Shown here piece after piece: positions 6,526 to 12,974 of a DNA stretch of 12,974 nt. The position numbers were made by a program, and so were the translations under genes. The stretch lies in contig JBGQMB010000025.1 of assembly GCA_041500405.1 (NCBI GenBank), positions 1 to 12,974 of the forward strand, written 5' to 3'. This DNA comes from Candidatus Micrarchaeia archaeon. GTDB lineage: Archaea > Micrarchaeota > Micrarchaeia > Anstonellales > J096. Every line of letters starts with the position of its first letter. Positions within the stretch are counted from its first letter, which is position 1. The notes under the pieces are model-generated. The model was not told the origin of the DNA. It saw only the letters and a program-made list of their open reading frames with translations, and did not search any database.

Positions 6526-7617
6526 TCAGTTCTCTTGGCAGCATAACTTCAAAATCATTTCTCTCTGTTCATTACTGTACTTATTGGAAAACTTAACTTC
6601 CTCTTTTTTCAGAAAATAGTATGTCTTATCGTATCCTTTACTCAATTCAAGTGCAGTCGCGCCAAAATTACCCTCTACGTCTATATATTCTCCAATATTT
6701 CCGCCATACCTGGCAAGTTTTTCAAGCAGCAATTTGCAGATTTCTAAGTTATTTTGCTGAGCGGCATTCATTAATGCAGTCCGGCCACCATCTCCCCAAT
6801 CGTAACTAGTCTTTGCCTCAATGAACTTCCTAACATTTCCGCCATACTTAGCAAGCTTTTCAAGCAGGAATGCGCAGACTTCCGTGTCGCCGTAGGGGGC
6901 AGGCCGCTCGGCCATGCAACCAGGCATCGCTGCGGCATGCATAAGAGCATTCTCGCCATATTTATCCTTTGCTTCAATATATTTTTTTACATTTCCACCT
7001 TTTTCAGCAACTTTTTCAATCAGAACTCTACAGCAATTAATATCTCCTAGAGAATGCATGAGTACAGTGCGTCCAGTTGTATCCCTAGCATACATGTTTG
7101 CGCCATGCTCAATCAAGAATTCACAGGCTTTGGCATCACAAGACTCCATGGCAAGCATAAGCGCGGTGCTACCGTCGCTAGTCTTTGCATCAACCTTGGC
7201 GCCAAGCTTGATAAGGAGACTGCCAACGACGAGGTTTCCGTCCCATCCAATTACACTCTCCATCAATGGAGTCCAGCCCCGCTTGTTCCTGCAGTTCACA
7301 TCTACGCCATACAAAACAATTCCCCTGATTTTTTTCTTATCTCTTTTTTCAACAGCGTCAAAAAGCATGCTATCTACAGTGCTGATCGTGGCAACAGCGG
7401 GTGCTGGTGCTTCCCAGTGCGGTGTATTTTCCTTATGTGAACAGGATATCAGATTCGGCGAAACCACGGCCAAGCTGGTCGCAAGCATCGTCATTGCGGT
7501 TTTTGAGCGCAGGAACTTGCAAGTCCTTTCAATGCCGTCCTTTGCCCTTATGAAACAACCAAGGATACGTCTGTTACCATTTCTGCTTTCTTTTGACACC
7601 AGGCTTTTCAGTGCCAT
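6526..7617 (-). CDS. Ankyrin-repeat protein (cap + about 6 repeats), predicted lipoprotein
   Basis: GWTPLMES, GSTALMLA, GRTVLMHS, GENALMHAA and GRTALMNAA motifs. The leader MALKSL...FIRAKDG is followed by a hydrophobic segment and lipobox-like LIS-C. Confidence 0.93.
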   Translation of the reverse strand: MALKSLVSKESRNGNRRILGCFIRAKDGIERTCKFLRSKTAMTMLATSLAVVSPNLISCSHKENTPHWEAPAPAVATISTVDSMLFDAVEKRDKKKIRGIVLYGVDVNCRNKRGWTPLMESVIGWDGNLVVGSLLIKLGAKVDAKTSDGSTALMLAMESCDAKACEFLIEHGANMYARDTTGRTVLMHSLGDINCCRVLIEKVAEKGGNVKKYIEAKDKYGENALMHAAAMPGCMAERPAPYGDTEVCAFLLEKLAKYGGNVRKFIEAKTSYDWGDGGRTALMNAAQQNNLEICKLLLEKLARYGGNIGEYIDVEGNFGATALELSKGYDKTYYFLKKEEVKFSNKYSNEQREMILKLCCQEN

Positions 7618-7638
7618 ATATCCTTTTCACATAGTTCT

Positions 7639-7670
7639 CTTTTTAACATGCACGCTCGTTTATAAACACA
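7639..7670 (-). promoter_or_regulatory. Bipartite promoter for the 7617-6521 operon
   Basis: Minus strand reads TGTGTTTATAAACGAGCGTGCATG-TTAAAAAG, ending 22 nt from ATG 7617. Confidence 0.62.
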
Positions 7671-7688
7671 CCAACCCGCCTGCCGTCT

Positions 7689-7703
7689 GACAACCTTTAA
7701 ATA
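7689..7703 (+). promoter_or_regulatory. Canonical BRE/TATA promoter of the adenosine-specific kinase operon
   Basis: GACAACC-TTTAAATA, ending 23 nt before ATG 7726. Confidence 0.6.
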
Positions 7704-7725
7704 CTCATCCGGAACATCAATACGC

Positions 7726-8217
7726 ATGGCCGACATAAGCCTTGAGATTGTCAAGCTTGCGCCTGCAAACGGGGAAAACATAATCCTGGGCCAGTCGCAC
7801 TTCATTAAAACGGTGGAGGACATTTACGAGGCCATAGTGGAGACCAACCCGGCAATAAAGTTCGGGGTCGCGTTCTGTGAAGCCAGCGCCGACCTTCTCA
7901 TAAGGCACGACGGCAACGACGACGCGATGGCGAAAAAGGCGATAGAAGCCGCAAGGAGAATCGGCGCAGGCCACTCGTTCGTGATATGGATGACAGGGGG
8001 CTGGCCGCTCAACATAATAAACAGGCTCATGGCGGTCTCAGAAGTCGTCAACATATTCGCGGCAACGTCAAACACGCTTGAAGTTATCGTAGCCGAAACG
8101 TCCCAGGGAAGAGGCATAATGGGCGTGATAGACGGCAACAAGCCGGTCGGCGTGGAGACCCCGGCAAAAGCAAAAGAGAGGAAGGCCCTGCTGAGGGGTC
8201 TGGGATACAAAAGGTGA
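7726..8217 (+). CDS. Adenosine-specific kinase family protein (PAE2307/COG1839-like)
   Basis: Family motifs NIILGQSHFIKTVEDIYEA, FGVAFCEAS, GAGHSF and GRGIMGVIDG, C-terminal GYKR, and the typical length of about 163 aa. Confidence 0.93.
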   Translation: MADISLEIVKLAPANGENIILGQSHFIKTVEDIYEAIVETNPAIKFGVAFCEASADLLIRHDGNDDAMAKKAIEAARRIGAGHSFVIWMTGGWPLNIINRLMAVSEVVNIFAATSNTLEVIVAETSQGRGIMGVIDGNKPVGVETPAKAKERKALLRGLGYKR

Positions 8218-8222
8218 AAAAG

Positions 8223-8555
8223 ATGATTTTCCAGATATACAAAGGGGAAGACGAGGAGCAGCAGCTTGAACAGAAAAAAGCGCCAGAGAAAAAGGCGGAA
8301 GAGGAAAAGAGCAGCAAGTTCAAGGACTTTTACGCAAGCAACAAGCTTGCGCTTGACGGCATGGTGAACGGCCTAAAGAGGGAAGACCCGAACATAACAA
8401 AGGCGTTCCTGAAAAAGGTCATAACGCTCATTTGGCTTTCCTCGGAAAGCGACCCAAAGGCGATTGAGGGAGTAAAAAGGCTTTTCAGCATAGCGACGGT
8501 GAAGAGCATAGCGAGCATGTTCGGGAAGCTGAAGCTCGCGCCGTCCAGGAAGTAG
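8223..8555 (+). CDS. Small hypothetical protein, probably co-transcribed with the kinase
   Basis: Open frame with a charged N-half and a helical-looking C-half. GGTGA (8213-8217, containing the kinase stop) precedes ATG 8223; GTG 8214 is an alternative start. Confidence 0.75.
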   Translation: MIFQIYKGEDEEQQLEQKKAPEKKAEEEKSSKFKDFYASNKLALDGMVNGLKREDPNITKAFLKKVITLIWLSSESDPKAIEGVKRLFSIATVKSIASMFGKLKLAPSRK

Positions 8556-8562
8556 GGCTTCG

Positions 8563-8961
8563 TCAGCCTGCTTCTTTGTTGCGGTGCGCCCTTAGGAATT
8601 CAGCAGTGCCATCGCGGCCTCCTGCTGTTGCAAGCATGAGCGCAGTCATGTCGTAGTTGTCAATTGCATTGACGTCAGCTTTGTGTTCAAAAAGAAGTTT
8701 GCACATTCCAGTATATCCAGTGTATGCGGCAAGCATGAGCGGGGTTCTTCCGTCGCTGTTCCTTATATTCACGTCCGCCCCGGCATCCAGCAGCCTTTTG
8801 GCGTTTTCAATTTTTCCCTTCTTGGCAAACTCAAGCAGCCTCATGTTCAGGCTCTCCAGCCTTTCTTTATCGGGCATTATGCCCTCAGTTTTCGGCTTGT
8901 TGGCAGCAATGCCGGGCTTTACTGTTGCTTTCCTGCATTTGGGCAGATTTCTTTCCTGCAT
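8563..8961 (-). CDS. Short ankyrin-repeat protein (cap + 2 repeats) with no hydrophobic signal
   Basis: LLDAGADVNIRNSDGRTPLMLAAYTG...ADVNAIDNYDMTALMLA. ATG 8961 is preferred over TTG 8985 because a TTTTAAAT box overlapping the thpR stop ends about 24 nt upstream of it. Confidence 0.9.
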   Translation of the reverse strand: MQERNLPKCRKATVKPGIAANKPKTEGIMPDKERLESLNMRLLEFAKKGKIENAKRLLDAGADVNIRNSDGRTPLMLAAYTGYTGMCKLLFEHKADVNAIDNYDMTALMLATAGGRDGTAEFLRAHRNKEAG

Positions 8962-8986
8962 ATGCCGTTTATGTGCAGGCAACAAT

Positions 8987-9496
8987 TTAAAAGCCGTATT
9001 TTTTGAGAAGTCTGTATTCCGGATTTGGCTTTTTCAGCACGCTTTCATACAGGCAGATGGAGTCGGGCCTGAAAGTCCCGAAGTCGGTTGCACAATATTT
9101 TTCAACAAACGATTTCGCATTGTCCGTTTTTCCCTGGATTCTGGCAACAGTCAGGTGCAATTTTGCCTCCCTGCCTTCCTCAATCCTGAACGCCTTTATC
9201 ATCACGTTGGCGTTCCTTTTCATCCCTGCCCCTTCAACGCCGACCCACGCTATTCTGACAAACTCGGGGTTCGGGAACACGCCCGCGCCTTTCAGCGTAA
9301 CGTCCCCTTTCTCAAACTTCAGGCCGGCCAGAACCTTTTCCGCGTCCTCCTGTTTCATTTCGCCAAGGAACGCAAGCGTAATGTGAAGGTTCTCGCGCGG
9401 AATAATCTTCACGTTCGGGCCCTCAAGCGACTTCGCCGCCTCGCACACCCTGTCCAAAATTCCGTCCGGAATGTCAACTGCGACGAAAAGCCTCAT
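8987..9496 (-). CDS. thpR: RNA 2',3'-cyclic phosphodiesterase (2H phosphoesterase, LigT/ThpR)
   Basis: Starts MRLFVAVDIP, has two HxT motifs (NLHITLAFLGE, LHLTVARI) and C-terminal LYESVL...PEY. Confidence 0.95.
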   Translation of the reverse strand: MRLFVAVDIPDGILDRVCEAAKSLEGPNVKIIPRENLHITLAFLGEMKQEDAEKVLAGLKFEKGDVTLKGAGVFPNPEFVRIAWVGVEGAGMKRNANVMIKAFRIEEGREAKLHLTVARIQGKTDNAKSFVEKYCATDFGTFRPDSICLYESVLKKPNPEYRLLKKYGF

Positions 9497-9517
9497 GGAT
9501 GGATGATGCAAGGAAAG

Positions 9518-9525
9518 ATATATAA
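9518..9525 (-). promoter_or_regulatory. TATA box of thpR
   Basis: Minus strand TTATATAT, ending about 22 nt before ATG 9496 and preceded by the A-rich GATAAA. Confidence 0.55.
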
Positions 9526-9573
9526 TTTATCTGCTGCCGTCCGCCCATTTCACAGAACACAAACTTATTTTAT

Positions 9574-9605
9574 TGTTTATTTTAATGGGGAGATATGCTT
9601 AAAAA
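9574..9605 (+). promoter_or_regulatory. Bipartite promoter for the J-domain protein gene
   Basis: TGTTTATTTTAATGGGGAGATATG-CTTAAAAA, ending 25 nt from ATG 9630. It shares AGATATGCTTAAAA exactly with the 12895-12926 promoter. Confidence 0.62.
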
Positions 9606-9629
9606 CTGTTATAAGCAGCGTTATTATCG

Positions 9630-11405
9630 ATGTTCAATGAAAGATTGATGCCCGTTTCAAAACTAAATCCAAGAATAAAGAGATGCTTATCCACACTGCA
9701 GATTTTGGACAGCGCGCCGCTCACCGAAGACACAGTGAAGGCCGCCTATAGGACATTGGCAATGAGATATCATCCTGACAAAAATCCCGGCAACACGGAT
9801 ATCGGGGCAAAATTCAGGGAAGCGACTGATGCATACCATGAAATGAAGAGATTATTTGAAAGCTCAGGCCAAGAAACAATCCAACTTGAAACAGAACCCA
9901 ACATAAAAAGCAGGGACTTGCTAAAAAAAGGATTTTCCTCTGCAGTGGAAAGGCTGTTGAGGGAAAAGGATGAAGCGGATAAAGGGAGGAAAGACGCATC
10001 CATCTATGAAATGCCAAGGGAATATGTGCAAAGGCCATTTTCAGATACGGTGCGTTTGCATATGCAGAAGATAGAAAGGATATTCCTTCTCGAACAGCCT
10101 GCATTGGACAAAAACCAGTCTGTTGACGAAATAGTAATATCCATATTCGGCGTAGAACCGGAAAGCCCTGTTGTTGCGCAAGCGCGCAAAGTTTTTGATG
10201 AAAGCCAAAAATCGAAAAAGGACTTCGTAGATGCGCTATCCCTGGCATACTGGATAACTGAGATGTTCGGGGGCGCGTCACCGCAAAAAGCGCTGGAAAG
10301 AACGGCAAAATTTCTTGAATGCGGCGATAAAGCCCAAATGAAAATGGCAGCGGGCTGCGCATTGGCCTCTCTGGATGCGGACTTGCATGTGATGATGGAA
10401 CCGAAAAAGGAAGGAAAGAGATATTCCATGGCATTTGATGAGCTGTACGGCCTGATTTTCCGCTCAATAAAAACCGACGGAGAAATGGACCAATACGGTT
10501 TATTGATGAAAGAGGCGCAAAAATGCGCCTTGCGTTCCCAAAGACCCCTGCTGTTCAGCGGCAAAAACCACGTCTATGCCGCCAAAATACTGACGAAAGC
10601 GTGCAGGAACAGGAGCATAAGCGAGGCAAGGCTGTTTCTTGACAAGGCCGTTTCCCTTTGCGAAAAGTTATTCTACGATCCTTTTGCAGATAACAGCCTT
10701 GACATGCTGGATGAAAAGATGGCCGCCATGGAAGCCGAAAGGCTGAATTTAGGGCGGACCAGGGGATTCACAGAGCAAGAATTCTTTGACTTGGTGAATC
10801 TTGTCGAAGCGATAAGAAACGACGGCAGCCTGAGTTTCAAGATGAGGCTTCTCACATTCTCCAAATTTATCAATTCATTAAGCGAAACCATACCGAAGGA
10901 TAAAATGTTATATGCAAATACCTTTGTGGATTCCGTCTCCGAAGCCGCCAACGGATATGTTGACGGAAATACGGCGCATATCGTAAATGAATGGAGCAGG
11001 GCATTCAAGAGCCATTTTGGCTCATTCATGCAAAATCCGGAGAGTTTTTGGAGGGCCATGAATGCGATAGGGTGCCTGAGAAAAAACATCGGTAAAAAGA
11101 ATCGCGGCTTCAGGAAACCTTTTTACGTTACCGTGGAGGCTGCCGCATATTGCGGGTCAAGGATAGTGGGCAAAAGCCCGGAAACAAGAAAGATTGAGGA
11201 ACTGCAAAGACTGTGCGACAATTACAGGAACAGCGAATACTTCGTAACCCAAACGAAAAAAGGCAGGCAGACAATCCCGGCAGAAAGCCTCACACCCAAA
11301 GAAAAAAGGATTTACATGGGATTACAAGATATACAGAGGGGCTCTTCAAGAAAAATCAAGACAGAACAAATGAAGGAAATCCTGGATGTTTTCTACGACG
11401 AATGA
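9630..11405 (+). CDS. J-domain (class C DnaJ-like) protein with a large uncharacterised C-terminal region
   Basis: N-terminal VKAAYRTLAMRYHPDKNPG...KFREATDAY with an intact HPD motif. It has no G/F-rich region or CxxCxGxG repeats, so it is not canonical DnaJ. Confidence 0.9.
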   Translation: MFNERLMPVSKLNPRIKRCLSTLQILDSAPLTEDTVKAAYRTLAMRYHPDKNPGNTDIGAKFREATDAYHEMKRLFESSGQETIQLETEPNIKSRDLLKKGFSSAVERLLREKDEADKGRKDASIYEMPREYVQRPFSDTVRLHMQKIERIFLLEQPALDKNQSVDEIVISIFGVEPESPVVAQARKVFDESQKSKKDFVDALSLAYWITEMFGGASPQKALERTAKFLECGDKAQMKMAAGCALASLDADLHVMMEPKKEGKRYSMAFDELYGLIFRSIKTDGEMDQYGLLMKEAQKCALRSQRPLLFSGKNHVYAAKILTKACRNRSISEARLFLDKAVSLCEKLFYDPFADNSLDMLDEKMAAMEAERLNLGRTRGFTEQEFFDLVNLVEAIRNDGSLSFKMRLLTFSKFINSLSETIPKDKMLYANTFVDSVSEAANGYVDGNTAHIVNEWSRAFKSHFGSFMQNPESFWRAMNAIGCLRKNIGKKNRGFRKPFYVTVEAAAYCGSRIVGKSPETRKIEELQRLCDNYRNSEYFVTQTKKGRQTIPAESLTPKEKRIYMGLQDIQRGSSRKIKTEQMKEILDVFYDE

Positions 11406-11409
11406 ATGG

Positions 11410-12870
11410 TCATTTCATTGAGGAAACCAGGTTTTCCAGCCTTTTTATCCCACCCTGCAGCATCAGTGCCAGTTTGGAGTCCAAATCCGCGGTATCCAGC
11501 CCCAATTGTGCCAGCATGCCCTTGGCCCTGGACAGAAGCAAAACCTGTTTTATGTCCTCCGGAGGGGATGTCACAATCAATCCCGTGTACGTTGCATGGT
11601 CTTCAAGCATTGTGGTCAGGCCAACGACAAATTGGCTTTCCCCCTTCGTTAAGGGAACAAGCGCTGTTGTGCCGGTGGTTTGGATATGCCCCAGCAGGTA
11701 TCTGCTTATTAGCTCCTTCAGCGGTCCGGATACGTCCTCACGGGCCAATTTCACGCGGGAAACGACTTCATCAATGTGCTCCAGGGCCTTTGTTGCAATC
11801 TCGTGCTCTTTCACAACATTATGCAGAATCCTTTTTTCCAGTGAAGCAAAATACCTCTTGCTTCTTGCGCGCAGCTCAATCACATTTGTCCTGTTCTCTC
11901 TGTCAAGCTCGACAAACCTGAAAGGCGCGCTCTTTGTGCGGTTCACAAAAGGTTCATAGCAAAGGTAAAACAGCCTGCTTTGCATCTCATTAAGCGTTAT
12001 CCTATCTCCTGGATTGTGTTTCTTGATCTCTGATATCATCTCCGCAATCTCGGGTATCTGGGCTTTGAACACACGGTCGCTGATAATGCTCTGGTGCGCA
12101 GGCTCGCAGCCTGCGGCAGATGACCCGAACCATTTTCTTAGGCGGGGATTGGATGAGACAAGCCTTGAATATCTGACCCATTTGTTGTTGTGATGAGCCG
12201 ATATGTACCTGCTTATCTGCTCAAAATAAAATGAATTGCTCTCGTTTGTCCTTTCAACCAAGGCATTGACGCTTTCCCCCGAGTATCTTTTCGAGATAGA
12301 AGCCAGAATGTCCCTGTGCATTTTTGAGTCATGGTTTGGCTCTTTCTGCAAAAGGCCGACGAACTGCTCCATTTCGGCACTGCGCAGCAGTCTGCCCGCA
12401 ATGTCAAGTATCGATTCCAGGAGGGCCGCCTTTATCTCAGAATGGTTTAGCCTGTCTGCCCCTTCGCCAAGCGTTTTCTGTATTTGGCTGGATTCCAAAT
12501 CCATGTAATGTAGGTACAAAACCGCAAATGGAACCACAGTGGGTGCAAGATTCATGTTTACAAAAATCATGTCGCCATATTTGTATCCTATGCCCGAACC
12601 GTCGCACTGGCTGTCCAGGAATGGTTTCGAACAGAAAACGTACTTTAGGTTCTCTCCGGCTATCTCTACGCTGAATTTATGGTTTTTTCTGTAATAATTT
12701 TCAATGTCGCTTAGCGGATCAAGACATAGTGTTTGGCATAGCGATAATGTCGGACCTCTGGTACCAGAGCCATCAGGGGCTATGATATCATTTGCCCTAA
12801 ATGCCCTTTTAGTATCAGGGCTAGGTTTTCCATTTGCATTTTTTGGCATGTCTCCTTTTTCAGTAGCCAT
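11410..12870 (-). CDS. Hypothetical protein (486 aa)
   Basis: Long ORF convergent with the J-domain gene (4 nt gap). ATG 12870 is preferred over TTG 12891 because the TATA box ends 25 nt upstream of it. No family recognised. Confidence 0.85.
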   Translation of the reverse strand: MATEKGDMPKNANGKPSPDTKRAFRANDIIAPDGSGTRGPTLSLCQTLCLDPLSDIENYYRKNHKFSVEIAGENLKYVFCSKPFLDSQCDGSGIGYKYGDMIFVNMNLAPTVVPFAVLYLHYMDLESSQIQKTLGEGADRLNHSEIKAALLESILDIAGRLLRSAEMEQFVGLLQKEPNHDSKMHRDILASISKRYSGESVNALVERTNESNSFYFEQISRYISAHHNNKWVRYSRLVSSNPRLRKWFGSSAAGCEPAHQSIISDRVFKAQIPEIAEMISEIKKHNPGDRITLNEMQSRLFYLCYEPFVNRTKSAPFRFVELDRENRTNVIELRARSKRYFASLEKRILHNVVKEHEIATKALEHIDEVVSRVKLAREDVSGPLKELISRYLLGHIQTTGTTALVPLTKGESQFVVGLTTMLEDHATYTGLIVTSPPEDIKQVLLLSRAKGMLAQLGLDTADLDSKLALMLQGGIKRLENLVSSMK

Positions 12871-12894
12871 ATACACTACCCTTGTACACAACGC

Positions 12895-12926
12895 CTTTTA
12901 AGCATATCTTTCCTTTAAAAAACACA
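12895..12926 (-). promoter_or_regulatory. Bipartite promoter for the 11410-12870 gene
   Basis: Minus strand reads TGTGTTTTTTAAAGGAAAGATATG-CTTAAAAG. Confidence 0.65.
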
Positions 12927-12928
12927 GT

Positions 12929-12957
12929 AAAAAAAGGGCTAATCAAAGGACAGCCCT
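12929..12957 (-). terminator. Possible terminator (hairpin + T-tract) of an upstream minus-strand gene
   Basis: Minus strand AGGGCTG-TCCTTTGAT-TAGCCCT followed by TTTTTT. The upstream gene itself lies almost entirely outside the window. Confidence 0.4.
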
Positions 12958-12974
12958 GAACACCGGCCTCTTCG

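Noticed and set aside
6526..6543. C-terminal CCQEN as a eukaryotic prenylation signal
   Set aside because: It is not a CaaX motif, CCxxx prenylation requires a Rab-type substrate context, and no paralogue shares it.
1164..7617. Diversity-generating retroelement as the source of ankyrin variability
   Set aside because: There is no reverse transcriptase in the window and I saw no template/variable repeat pair differing only at adenines. A trans-acting element elsewhere cannot be excluded.
44..7690. Many plus-strand ORFs (for example 54-515, 1570-1953, 5658-6329 and 6914-7690)
   Set aside because: They are antisense shadows of the minus-strand genes. Their repeated MSAV/SAPF patterns are simply the reverse complement of TALM/KGAD codons.
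7726..9496. Kinase plus ThpR as a nucleotide-signalling or defence module linked to the ankyrin genes
   Set aside because: Both are widespread housekeeping-type families with ordinary promoters lacking the TGTG element, and no cyclase, nuclease or other effector gene is present.
8657..9640. 327-aa plus-strand ORF
   Set aside because: It is antisense to the well-supported thpR and ankyrin genes and has no recognisable motif.
9630..11405. Calling this gene dnaJ
   Set aside because: Only the J-domain is present. It lacks the G/F region and zinc-finger repeats and has no dnaK/grpE neighbours.
11213..12674. Plus-strand ORFs 11213-11959, 11406-11921, 12236-12508 and 12324-12674
   Set aside because: They overlap longer genes in other frames or on the opposite strand and show no independent support.

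Overview
A gene-dense window of probable archaeal origin. The evidence is TATA-like boxes ending about 22-25 nt before start codons (implying leaderless mRNAs) and (G)TGA-type ribosome-binding motifs at operon junctions. A DPANN-type lineage such as Micrarchaeota is my inference and is not shown by the sequence. The left 7.6 kb is a tandem minus-strand array of seven genes: five ankyrin-repeat proteins, one leader-only small protein and one Pro/Ala-rich membrane protein that runs off the window. All seven share a long basic N-terminal leader with a basic-A-[KR]-[DEN] motif followed by a hydrophobic segment. Next come an adenosine-specific kinase family gene, a small hypothetical gene, a short leader-less ankyrin gene, thpR, a J-domain protein and a large hypothetical protein. 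The main unexplained signals are three. (1) A fixed-spacing bipartite promoter (TGTG...ATG-TATA) lies in front of six accessory transcription units but not the housekeeping genes. (2) The shared leader appears to be a recombination junction that generates chimeric signal peptides. (3) The ankyrin repeats are a mosaic with DARPin-like variability. Together these suggest, by inference, a co-regulated and diversifying exported ankyrin repertoire. I found no rRNA, tRNA, CRISPR array or mobile element.
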